Shown here: in pieces, positions 1 to 9,300 of the stretch
Position numbering within the stretch: position 1 is the first letter of the stretch
Layout: each line of letters starts with the position of its first letter
Assembly (NCBI GenBank): GCA_045580165.1
Contig: JAZNNG010000081.1
Span: 9,979 to 73,978 of the forward strand
Reading direction: 5' to 3'
Length of the DNA stretch: 64,000 nucleotides
Source of the DNA: Eubacteriales bacterium
Lineage (GTDB): Bacteria; Bacillota; Clostridia; Oscillospirales; CAG-272
The notes under the pieces: generated by a model
What the model was told of the DNA's origin: nothing
Database searches by the model: none
The model's input: only the letters and a program-made list of their open reading frames with translations
Position numbers and translations under genes: made by a program

Positions 1-940
1 TACGTCCTGCGGTTACAAGGCTTGCAAGCTTTTCCATACGGAGTCTTCCGCCGGGCATAAGACCTCCGCGAATCTGCTTGTGTCCCATACCGCAGCCCCA
101 ATCTGCTCTGGGCACCTTAATATAGTCACCCTCGCCGAGATAGTTAACGTTTCCTATAATTCCGCCGGGCTTGAGCATCCTGATTGCCTGATCAAACGTA
201 TCGTTGTCACCGCCTGCTATAACTATCTTGTCTACTCCCTTGCCGTTTGTTTTTGCCATAATCTGCTCAACGATATCACCCTCCTTGTAGTTGATGATCT
301 CGGATGCGCCGAATTCAAGAGCAAGGTCGCAGCAATTCTTTCTGGAACCAACTGCGTATATCGTAGAAGCTCCGCGGATAGCCGCCGCTGCAACAGACAT
401 AAGGCCAACCGGTCCAATACCGATAACGGCAACCGTGTCGCCGAACTGTACGTCTGCAAGCTCAACTCCGTGAAATCCTGTGGGAACCATATCGGCAAGC
501 ATACAAGCTGCCGCAAGGTCCATTCCCTCGGGGATATGAGCAAGGTTTCCGTCTGCATCGTTTACGTGGAAGTATTCGGCGAACACACCGTCCTTGAAGT
601 TGGAAAACTTCCATCCGGAAAGCATTCCGCCGGAATGCATTGCGTATCCGCCCTGCGCTTCAAGCGAATTCCAATCAGGAGTAATCGCCGCGATAAGCAC
701 TCTGTCGCCGGGCTTGAAATCCTTGACCTCGGAGCCAACCTTTACAACTTCTCCTACTGCCTCGTGACCGAGAATCATTTCGTGGCGATCTCCGATCGCA
801 CCTGCCCATACGGTATGTACGTCAGACGTACACGGTGCAAGCGCAACAGGCTTACAAATGGCATCACAAGGTCCGCAAGCGGGCATTTCCTTTTCAACCC
901 AACCTGTCTGACCGATCTTCATCATTGCAAAACCTTTCAT
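1..940 (-). CDS. adh: NADP-dependent secondary-alcohol (isopropanol) dehydrogenase, Zn-containing MDR family; the 3' end runs off the left edge
   Basis: Absent from the ORF track because it is open at the edge. My reverse-complement translation from the ATG at 940-938 (AAGGAG upstream) reads MKGFAMMKIGQTGWVEKEMPACGPCDAICKPVALAPCTSDVHTVWAGAIGDRHEMILGHEAVGEVVKVGSEVKDFKPGDRV...FSNFKDGVFAEYFHVNDAD...GIGPVGLM. This is collinear with the Thermoanaerobacter brockii / Clostridium beijerinckii secondary ADHs as I recall them. Confidence 0.85.
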   Translation of the reverse strand, partial: MKGFAMMKIGQTGWVEKEMPACGPCDAICKPVALAPCTSDVHTVWAGAIGDRHEMILGHEAVGEVVKVGSEVKDFKPGDRVLIAAITPDWNSLEAQGGYAMHSGGMLSGWKFSNFKDGVFAEYFHVNDADGNLAHIPEGMDLAAACMLADMVPTGFHGVELADVQFGDTVAVIGIGPVGLMSVAAAAIRGASTIYAVGSRKNCCDLALEFGASEIINYKEGDIVEQIMAKTNGKGVDKIVIAGGDNDTFDQAIRMLKPGGIIGNVNYLGEGDYIKVPRADWGCGMGHKQIRGGLMPGGRLRMEKLASLVTAGR

Positions 941-1246
941 TTTACAATCTCCTTTACAAATTAATTATTCAAATAGCCAATTGGTTCTTCTTGATAATAA
1001 CACAAAGACGCCGGTTTGTCTAACGAAATCTTACTTGAAACTTTAGAAATATTACTGTTTTCAATGTTTTTCAACAAAAGTAAAACTGCATAGTACATAA
1101 AATAACAATATGCTACCAAGCAACCGTAGTATTTAACGTCGGCACTAATATGGCAGTGTTTTTCGATAAACTATTCATAAGTCACCGCGTTTTTAGGAGC
1201 TTTTTTGTAAATTTGTCCGAAATATTGTTGATTATAAAAAAAACTC

Positions 1247-1275
1247 TTGAAAACTCAGAAAAGTTGTTGTATAAT
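1247..1275 (+). promoter_or_regulatory. sigma-A-type promoter for guaB
   Basis: TTGAAA (1247-1252), 17-nt spacer, TATAAT (1270-1275), about 40 nt upstream of GGAGG and the ATG at 1318. Confidence 0.45.
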
Positions 1276-1317
1276 AATCCTAATAATCAAAATTATTTTA
1301 CCTACGGAGGTCTATAT

Positions 1318-2823
1318 ATGGCATATTATTACAGCGAGCCGTCTCGTACGTTCAGCGAGTATCTTCTTATTCCCGGCTACACTACACCTGAGTGTATCCC
1401 CGCAAACGTGAGTCTGAAGACTCCCCTCGTTAAGTACAAGCGCGGCGAAGAACCCGCAATCTCACTTAACATTCCTATGGTTTCTGCTATAATGCAGGCG
1501 GTATCAAACGATACTCTTGCTATTGCACTTGCCAAGGAGGGCGGTGTTTCCTTTATTTACGGCTCTCAGTCCATTGAGGACGAGGCTGCTATGGTTGCAC
1601 GTGCAAAGGGTTATAAGGCAGGCTTCGTGAGAAGTGACTCAAACCTCACTCCCGAAAGCACTCTTGCTGACGTTCTTGCTCTCGTTGAGGAAAAGCAGCA
1701 CAACACTATTGCCATTACAGACAACGGCACAGGCACAGGTAAGCTTCTCGGCGTTGTTACGGGACGTGATTACAGAGTAAGCAGAATGTCATCTGACACT
1801 AAGGTCAAGGAGTTTATGACTCCCATTGAAAAGCTTATTACTGCTCCCGCCGAGACCACTCTTAAGGATGCTAACGATATAATCTGGGAAAACAAGCTCA
1901 ATTCCCTTCCCATCATTGATAAGGACGGCCACCTTATCCACTTTGTTTTCAGAAAAGACTACGCTCAGCACAAGGAAAATCCCCAGGAGCTTCTCGACGC
2001 TAAGAAGCGCTACGTTATCGGTGCCGGTATCAACACTCTCGACTATGAAAAGAGAGTTCCCGCGCTCGTTGAAGCAGGCGCTGACGTGCTTTGTATCGAC
2101 TCCTCTGACGGATACACCTGCTGGCAGAAAAAGACTATCGACTTTATCCGCGAAAAGTACGGCGACACCGTAAAGGTTGGCGCAGGTAACGTTGTTGACC
2201 GCGACGGCTTTATGTTCCTCGCTGAGGCAGGCGCCGACTTTATCAAGGCCGGTGTCGGCGGCGGGTCCATCTGCATCACTCGTGAGCAGAAGGGTATCGG
2301 ACGTGGACAGGCTACCGCACTTATTGAGGTTGCGGCTGCTCGTGACGAGTACTTTGAAAAGACAGGTATCTACATTCCGATATGCTCGGACGGCGGTATC
2401 GTTCACGACTATCACATGACCCTCGCTCTTGCGATGGGCGCAGACTTCCTTATGCTTGGACGTTACTTCGCTCGCTTTGACGAGAGCCCCACAACAAAGC
2501 TCTTCATCAACGGCACGTACGTTAAGGAATACTGGGGTGAAGGCTCCAACAGAGCAAGAAACTGGCAGAGATACGACCTCGGCGGCAAGAACAGCCTCGC
2601 ATTCGAGGAAGGCGTTGACTCCTACGTAGTTTACGCAGGTCCTCTCCGCGATAACGTAGCAAAGAGCTTGCACAAGGTTAAGTCCACCATGTGTAACTGC
2701 GGTGTTACAAGCATTCCCGATCTCCAGAAGAATGCAAAGATAACACTTGTTTCCGCAACAAGTATTATTGAAGGCGGCGCTCACGACGTAATGCTCAAGT
2801 CGACCGCATCCCCCACAAGATAA
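1318..2823 (+). CDS. guaB: IMP dehydrogenase (long ~500-aa type with CBS pair)
   Basis: Start taken at the internal ATG at 1318, preceded by GGAGG at 1306-1310. [23 protein letters not shown]...[23 protein letters not shown] (catalytic Cys loop)...[15 protein letters not shown]. Collinear with Tritrichomonas/Bacteroides-type IMPDH. The ORF-track N-terminal extension (1150-1317) is AT-rich leader. Confidence 0.88.
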   Translation: MAYYYSEPSRTFSEYLLIPGYTTPECIPANVSLKTPLVKYKRGEEPAISLNIPMVSAIMQAVSNDTLAIALAKEGGVSFIYGSQSIEDEAAMVARAKGYKAGFVRSDSNLTPESTLADVLALVEEKQHNTIAITDNGTGTGKLLGVVTGRDYRVSRMSSDTKVKEFMTPIEKLITAPAETTLKDANDIIWENKLNSLPIIDKDGHLIHFVFRKDYAQHKENPQELLDAKKRYVIGAGINTLDYEKRVPALVEAGADVLCIDSSDGYTCWQKKTIDFIREKYGDTVKVGAGNVVDRDGFMFLAEAGADFIKAGVGGGSICITREQKGIGRGQATALIEVAAARDEYFEKTGIYIPICSDGGIVHDYHMTLALAMGADFLMLGRYFARFDESPTTKLFINGTYVKEYWGEGSNRARNWQRYDLGGKNSLAFEEGVDSYVVYAGPLRDNVAKSLHKVKSTMCNCGVTSIPDLQKNAKITLVSATSIIEGGAHDVMLKSTASPTR

Positions 2824-2837
2824 ATAATTTAACTGTC

Positions 2838-2876
2838 AAAAAGCCGCTATGGATTTATTTCCATAGCGGCTTTTTA
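2838..2876 (+). terminator. rho-independent terminator after guaB
   Basis: agccgctatgga / tccatagcggct 12-bp stem with a 6-nt loop, then TTTTT. Confidence 0.8.
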
Positions 2877-2915
2877 TCATTAAAATGCATCTTACCTTAA
2901 AAAATAGGTATAAGC

Positions 2916-3153
2916 TCAATCTTCTTCACAATCATTAAAATAATCTCTATCAAAAAATTCGGACAAAGTAATTTGCGCCCCTTCGCAAAAGCTCTTTAAG
3001 GTAATAACCTTTGAGCATTTTGTTCTTCCTTTTATCAAATCAATAAATTGCAGAATGAGACATTCCGCCACTTAAGGCAATATCGCATATATTGCTACCG
3101 CAATCTTTGCATATCTCTTCTATTCGTTTAACAATAGCATCATTTAATTTCAT
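2916..3153 (-). pseudogene. small Cro/C1 (XRE)-type HTH protein interrupted by a +1 frameshift
   Basis: ATG at 3153 gives MKLNDAIVKRIEEICKDCGSNICDIALSGGMSHSAIY, then TGA. Skipping one T near 3040 continues DLIKGRTKCSKVITLKELCEGAQITLSEFFDRDYFNDCEED*, a typical ~78-aa HTH protein. Total length is 238 nt (3n+1). Confidence 0.5.
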
Positions 3154-3162
3154 ATCTACATC

Positions 3163-3900
3163 CTATAATTCTATAATATCCTTCACAACGTGAGCAGATA
3201 TTATGAGTCCGCCTACGGACGGAACAAAAGATATACTTCCGGGCGCGTTTCTGCCGTCTGCCTTGATGACGGGCGACTCTCCTTCTGCGTTTTTAACAGG
3301 CTCCTCGTCACTCCAAAGCACATTTAGCTTGCTAATGCCCCGTTTCTTTAGCTCTTGCCGCATAACGCGTGCAAGCGGGCACACGGAGGTCTTATAAATA
3401 TCGCTGACCTTGAGTCTTGTCGGATCAAGCTTGTTCCCCGTCCCCATTGACGAAATTATTTTTATATTATTTTCGGTTGCGTACTCGATAATTGCAAGCT
3501 TTGCACTGACTGTGTCTATCGCGTCAACAATATAGTCTGCGTCAATAGCGGCGAGAACGTCGCGTGCGTTCTCCTTTGTAACGAAAGTGTTTAACGCCAC
3601 CGCTTCTATTTTGGGGTTTATGCGTTTTGCCCTCTCTATTTGAACCTCGGCTTTTAATTTCCCGACGGTTCCCGTATCCGCAATAAGCTGACGGTTGATA
3701 TTGCTTTCGCTTACGGTATCGTTATCGATCACGGTAATTTTACCGACACCTGCCCTGACAAGTCCCTCGATAACGTAGCTACCTACTCCACCTGCCCCAA
3801 ATACAGCCACAGAGGAGTTCATAAGGCGCCTTACCTTATCTTCACCTATTAAGAGCGCTTCCCTTTCAAAGTATGAAGGAATCATAGCTTTACCTTTCAT
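3163..3900 (-). CDS. tcdA: tRNA threonylcarbamoyladenosine dehydratase (ThiF/MoeB-family E1-like)
   Basis: VAVFGAGGVGSYVIEGLVRAGVGKITVIDNDTVSESNINRQ Rossmann/ATP motif and overall collinearity with E. coli TcdA (CsdL). The true start may be the second ATG at 3885. Confidence 0.75.
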   Translation of the reverse strand: MKGKAMIPSYFEREALLIGEDKVRRLMNSSVAVFGAGGVGSYVIEGLVRAGVGKITVIDNDTVSESNINRQLIADTGTVGKLKAEVQIERAKRINPKIEAVALNTFVTKENARDVLAAIDADYIVDAIDTVSAKLAIIEYATENNIKIISSMGTGNKLDPTRLKVSDIYKTSVCPLARVMRQELKKRGISKLNVLWSDEEPVKNAEGESPVIKADGRNAPGSISFVPSVGGLIISAHVVKDIIEL

Positions 3901-3904
3901 TTTA

Positions 3905-3930
3905 GAAAAGCGGGCAAATGCCCGCTTTTC
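3905..3930 (-). terminator. hairpin terminator after secF
   Basis: gaaaagcgggc / gcccgcttttc 11-bp stem with a 4-nt loop, located between the secF stop and the tcdA start. Confidence 0.5.
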
Positions 3931-3937
3931 TTTTTAA

Positions 3938-4990
3938 TTATACTCTCTTTTTGTTAAAGAGCTTCTTAAGTACCGACCAGATATTACCTGACAGACATAC
4001 CGACGAATAGAAGCCTGCGAAAATACCGATGATTATCGGGAGCGCAAACTGCTTGATAGAGTCAACACCGAGAATGTAAACCATACCAATCGTAAAGAGT
4101 GTGGTAAGCGAGGTGTTAACAGAACGGCGTAAGGTCTGCTTAACAGAAAGGTCTACGTTTGTATCAAAGTCGTCCTTTGAGTGAAGCTTAACGTTCTCAC
4201 GAACACGGTCAAATACGATAATGGTTGCGTTGATGGAGTAACCGAGTATGGTAAGAACTGCCGCAATCATGGTACTGTTAAGCGGAATCTGAAGAAGTGA
4301 GTATGCCGCAAACATAATAAATACGTCGTGAGCAAGACAGATAACCGCCGTAATACCCGAGAGGATCTCAAATCTGAAGGAGATATAAACGAGCATAAGA
4401 AGGATAGCAATGAGGGCCGCGGTGATAGCCGCTGTTCTGAGGTCGGAGGATACCGACGCGCCCACGTTGTTTACACCGAGAAGATCTGTTGTAAGGTTAA
4501 GTCCATACTTACCTGCGAGAATGTGGCAAAGAGCATCACGTGTTTCGGAATCAAGCTCAAGAAGCTTGATGATAACCTGTGTTCCCTCGCCTGCCTTCTG
4601 AACAGTCGATACCTGAGGCTTTACGAGAATCTTGGGAAGAGCTGTGGTTTCTTCTGTAGCTTCCTCTGTTTCCGTTTCGGTCGCTTCCTCAGTTGCTTCC
4701 TCAGTTGCTTCTTCAGTTGCTTCCTCAGTTGCTTCTTCTGCTTCCTCTACTGTTTCATAAAGCTTATCGGGAGCATCGCCAATCTCAACGGCGTTTATGG
4801 TTGCTTTAATATCGTCAAGATCAGCCGCTGTGATCTCTTTGTTCATTTCAAGCTGGATAGTAGTACCGCCGATAAAGTCGATATCAACGTTAAAGCCACG
4901 GAAGATAAACGAGCAGATACCGAGAACTATCACTACTGCCGCGATTATGAAGAAAACTTTTCTGTTTTTTGTGAAGCTGAAATTTTTCAT
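3938..4990 (-). CDS. secF: protein translocase subunit SecF with an acidic (EEAT)n insertion in the first extracytoplasmic loop
   Basis: AGGAGGG RBS. N-terminal TM helix, GGTTIQL motif, and C-terminal multi-TM block (FRFEILSGITAVICLAHDVF...DRVREN). Sits immediately downstream of secD. Confidence 0.85.
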   Translation of the reverse strand: MKNFSFTKNRKVFFIIAAVVIVLGICSFIFRGFNVDIDFIGGTTIQLEMNKEITAADLDDIKATINAVEIGDAPDKLYETVEEAEEATEEATEEATEEATEEATETETEEATEETTALPKILVKPQVSTVQKAGEGTQVIIKLLELDSETRDALCHILAGKYGLNLTTDLLGVNNVGASVSSDLRTAAITAALIAILLMLVYISFRFEILSGITAVICLAHDVFIMFAAYSLLQIPLNSTMIAAVLTILGYSINATIIVFDRVRENVKLHSKDDFDTNVDLSVKQTLRRSVNTSLTTLFTIGMVYILGVDSIKQFALPIIIGIFAGFYSSVCLSGNIWSVLKKLFNKKRV

Positions 4991-5005
4991 TGTAAAGTTC
5001 CCTCC

Positions 5006-6265
5006 TTAAACACCGTAATATTTCTTGTTTACTATCTTCATACCTACGAGTCTTGCAAGTAAGAAGCGTGTGATGAGTACTGCGGAGATAAGAGAAAGAA
5101 GAACGCCGATAAAGAGCGTAATTGCAAAGCCCTTAACAGTACCCGTACCGAAGTACCAAAGAACTGCCGCAGCTATAAGCGTTGTTACGTTAGAGTCGAT
5201 AACCGCCGCATACGCGCGCTTGAAGCCGCCCGTAAATGCAGCGCCGACGCTTCTGCCGAGTCTGAGCTCTTCCTTGATTCTCTCAAAGATTACTACGTTA
5301 GCATCAACCGCCATACCGATAGAGAGGATTATACCTGCTATACCGGGGAGAGAGAGGTTGATGAAGCTGTTTCCGAGAACAAGAATTATACCCATTATTG
5401 CCGAGTAAGCGATAAGTGCAAGTGATGCAACGATACCGGGCAAACGGTAGAAGATGATCATAAATATCATTACGAGAGCAAGACCGATAGCACCTGCGAT
5501 AAGGCTTGTGTTGAGTGCCTTTTCACCAAGTGTGGGTCCTACCGACTCAAGCTGAACCTCCTTGAGTGCAAAAGGAAGCTTACCTGCAGAGATGAGGTCT
5601 GCAAGCCACACGGTCTCCTCGGTAGTAAACGCACCCGAGATTACTACGTCGGATGTGTTAAGCTCTTCCTCAACATACGGATAAGAGATTATCTCATCGT
5701 CGAGTGCGATAATAAGAATATTGTTTCCGTCAGTTCTTTCGGAAACGGACTTTGTTGCTGCCGCAAACTTGGATACCGACTCGGGCTTGATCTTGAGGGA
5801 TACGAACGCCTCGGAAACACCGTTTCCGTCGCTATCGCCGTACATTGCCTCTGCCTTTTCGATATCGGAGCCCTCCATCCATACGTTACCGTCAATGTCT
5901 ACGAACATAAGAACGGCTGTTGAGCCGAGCTTCTGTACCGCTTCCTCGGGGTCTGTGATCGCGGGTATCTCGATTGCGATACGATTATCGCCCTGCGAAG
6001 CGAGAGTTGCCTCTGTATAGCCGAGAGAGTCGAGTCTCTGTCTGAGCATAGCTCTGACGGTTGCCATATCCTCAGCAGTGGGATTTTCCACGTCAGCCTC
6101 GTATACTATGTACGAGCCGCCAACGAGATCAAGTCCCTGTGTAACGCCGCCCTCGTCAAACACACCGGGCATATCGCCTACGCCGAAAATCGCAACGCAA
6201 ACGAGTCCGGCAATCACGAGAATGGCAAGAATAAATGCTAAAACATTCGTTGATTGCTTCTTCAT
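5006..6265 (-). CDS. secD: protein translocase subunit SecD
   Basis: N-terminal TM helix, GLDLVGGSYIVYEA motif, and C-terminal 6-TM block (GIAGIILSIGMAVDANVVIFERIKEE). Confidence 0.88.
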   Translation of the reverse strand: MKKQSTNVLAFILAILVIAGLVCVAIFGVGDMPGVFDEGGVTQGLDLVGGSYIVYEADVENPTAEDMATVRAMLRQRLDSLGYTEATLASQGDNRIAIEIPAITDPEEAVQKLGSTAVLMFVDIDGNVWMEGSDIEKAEAMYGDSDGNGVSEAFVSLKIKPESVSKFAAATKSVSERTDGNNILIIALDDEIISYPYVEEELNTSDVVISGAFTTEETVWLADLISAGKLPFALKEVQLESVGPTLGEKALNTSLIAGAIGLALVMIFMIIFYRLPGIVASLALIAYSAIMGIILVLGNSFINLSLPGIAGIILSIGMAVDANVVIFERIKEELRLGRSVGAAFTGGFKRAYAAVIDSNVTTLIAAAVLWYFGTGTVKGFAITLFIGVLLSLISAVLITRFLLARLVGMKIVNKKYYGV

Positions 6266-6351
6266 TTTGTTATTCCTTTCAAATGAATTTCATACTTTGT
6301 TATTATACTATATTTTAATATAAATGTCAATGAGAAACCCGTATTTTACAG

Positions 6352-6382
6352 AAAAAGAGTCAGACTCTCGTCCGACTCTTTT
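6352..6382 (-). terminator. rho-independent terminator after the 1254-aa SLH protein gene
   Basis: aagagtc / gactctt stem plus inner pairs. On the minus strand it is followed by CTTTTTC. Confidence 0.6.
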
Positions 6383-6390
6383 GTGTTTGA

Positions 6391-9300
6391 TCATCTAAAT
6401 GGCTCCTCGATGGGAGGTGCGGGAAGCAGGGGCTCCTTAGGAGTTGCCGAGCCGATATTTGGAAGTGCGTAGTAGTAGTTATCTCCAAAGCACTTGTCTG
6501 CTATCAGCTTCTTTATCGTAGCATTATCGTAGGTATAGCTTGTGAGTCCGCCCGTTGCGGTCTTCGTATCTGCCCCGAGTGCGCCGAGGATAGCTCCCTC
6601 TCTGTGTATAGTTACGTTTCCGTGCCACTGGAAGCCAAGTCCGTCCTTCATCGAGGTAGGAACTGCTTTCCACAACGAATATCTGAGATTCCAGAAGTAG
6701 TTATCCTGAATGTGACAGTTAATATATTCAGCTCCCGTTTCGCCTGCTCCATAGAAAGCACAGTACTCGTTCTTCTGGTGATTATATGCGCTCCAGCCGT
6801 AGCCGGACATAGTTACGTAGTTGTTGTAAAGCTTGCAGTCAACAAGCTTTGCAAACGTGGTTTCGGTGTTGTCGGGAGTTGACGTGAGCCACACCTCAAG
6901 GTCGGCATCCCAGCATACGTTATCGTAAAATTCCACGTTCTTCTGATATACCTGCTTGCCGGGTGTGAGCGTTACTCCCACCTGTACGGTAGGTCCGCAG
7001 TCAAAGCACTGGTAAATGTAGTTGTTATATACGTAGTAGCCGTCTGCCTGACCGTATATCTCTATCGCGTTACCGAATCTCGTCTGAACGTCCTCAGCCT
7101 GAACCGAACCGCCTATCCAGCCTATCTCACAGTTGCGGACGGTGAGGTTCTTTGTCGAGCCTGCGCCGATACCGTGGCTACCCGTGTAACCGATAAAGAG
7201 GTTATCGATTACCATATTCGAGCCTGCATTGAATGCGTTACCCTTTACGCAAAGCTCAATCGAATCAAAGATATCACCGGGGTTGCCGTTTCTTGAGTAT
7301 AGATAGAGAACGTATCCCTCTCTGTCGTGGTAGAACATAAGATCGGCTTCGGGAATCTTATCGGCTATCGCTTTAAGGTCCTCGTATCCTGCAAATCTGT
7401 GTTCGTTTACGTTAAATTCCCACTTGGCAAGTCCGTTTGAAACGATATAATCACGTCCTGCCTGAAGCGCTGTGCTTTTATCGGGCCGCTTGATTATTCT
7501 CTGTCCGAAAGCGTATCCGTTATTAAACACTATGTTTCCAACGTCCTGGGTGTTGGTAAGGGTATCTACAAATCTATATACCCCCTTAACGTCGGTTTCG
7601 ATCCACTGATCTGCTCTGTCGTCCTCTATCGATCCGAGTATCCTCGCCTTTTCACCCTCGCCGTATGCAGAGTAAGTTACTCCCGCCTTACCCGTAAACT
7701 TCTCGTGCCATTCGTCGCCGCGCTTGAAAAGCACAACGTCGCCGGCTCTGATAACTCCGATATACTGATAGCTGTCAGAGGAACGTCTTTTTACTTCAGC
7801 GAGCGTTTTTATAGGTGTTTCGGGAGTAAGTCCGTCGTTTTTATCGTCACCGTCGCTCATAGATACGTATATGGGACGGTTATATTTGCTTGCAAGCTCC
7901 CATTCGCTTTCGGTTGCTCTTATCGCTTCTACTCTTCTTGCAAATTCAGCGTTGAGCTCGTCAACAAGTCCCTCGGGAACCTCGGTGAGATAGGTGTTGT
8001 TGTCAACTGCTTCTATCCACGCTTCGTTTCCGTTTGTGTCGGTGAGATAGGTGTGCTCGTATGCTGCTTCAATAACGTAAGGATATGCCCAGTGAGCATC
8101 GGTTATATCGTTAAATCCGACAATAACTTCCTTTTCCATACCCGCAAGAGAGGGAGTTCTTCCGAGTGCAAGGCAAAGAACCTTTACAACTTCACTTCTC
8201 TTTATGTCTCCGTCGGGGTCAAACGTATCTGCTGTCTTACCGTTAACGATACCCGCCTTTGCGGCAGCCATTATTGCATCATATCTCAGGTGAGACACGG
8301 GAACGTCCTTGAATGAAACGTTTTTGTCTCCGCCTGAAATTTTACCTGTCTGATATACGAGGTCAACGAATTCTGCTCTCGTTATCTTCTGATCGGGCTT
8401 GAACTCGCCCTTATAAGACTTGAGATATCCGAGGCCCTCGAGGTAGGTTATGTACTTATAATACCAAGCGCTCTTATTAAGGTCTGTGAATGCCGTTGAA
8501 TTAGAGCTATCAAGTGTGTTTTCGTCAACGAGGAGTCTTGCAACCACCGTGCAAGCCTCGGCGCGGGTCATATTGTTTTCGGGCTTGAAGAGTCTTCCGT
8601 CATAGCCGGAAATGAAAGGCATATGCGTTCCGTCTGCCTTTGCTTCAAACGTGCCCTCGGTATACTCGAATTTTTCAGCATCCTCCTTTGTCTTGAAGAA
8701 AGCGACGTATTCGAGGTCGTAGTACTGCGACGTTGAGGAAACCGACGTGTTTCCGCCCTCCCAAGGGCTGAGTCTAACGTATGATACGGTTGAATCATAG
8801 TCAACGTAGCTATAGTTAACACCTGCATCGCCGCCGGTTACGTCCTTTATACAAACAACAACTTTATGAAGCTCACCGTCACCCGAGAAAGGAAGCTTAA
8901 GTCCCCAGAAGCGATAATACTTTTCATTATACTTAAGACCGACGCTTGCGGTTGCAACCGATGAGGTCTGAATGTTGGAACGGTAAGAAACCGCCATATA
9001 GGGATAATCGTCCGCGATAAAATAAGCGTCAGTATTAAGCTTTAAAAAAGATGTGTTACCGTTTGTTGTCTTCCCGTCCTCGGCGGGAGAAAATCTTACA
9101 AACGTGTGCCCGTCCTCTTTTATCACCGTGAAGGCTTTGTTAAAGACGAAAAACTCCGAGCCTGACTCGTTTGCAAGCTCTTCTGCGGTAAAGCCGTGAA
9201 GCTCCGCATTATCAACGATCTCAATTGCGTTATCAGCGTCAGGGTCAACAGCGTACGTTGCAATGACATCCATATCGTTGTTTACGGTAAAACGTCCGTT

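Noticed and set aside
80-964. 294-aa plus-strand ORF (GTG start) covering the first kilobase
   Set aside because: It is Cys/Arg/Ser-rich with no recognisable motifs. The opposite strand translates into a near-textbook Zn-dependent secondary ADH with a good RBS, so this is an antisense shadow ORF.
1150-1317. N-terminal extensions of ORF-track models (1150-1317 for guaB; 36308-36421 for the FAD oxidoreductase; 10156-10182, 54002-54034 and 51329-51343 for others)
   Set aside because: The extensions are AT-rich or hydrophobic nonsense and often start at TTG or GTG. They precede an internal ATG that has a proper GGAGG-type RBS and aligns with the conserved N-terminus of the family.
4683-4742. Short tandem repeats considered as a possible CRISPR or minisatellite
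   Set aside because: The 12-bp units are contiguous with no spacers, lie in frame inside secF, and encode an acidic low-complexity tract. No CRISPR-like repeat-spacer architecture exists anywhere in the window.
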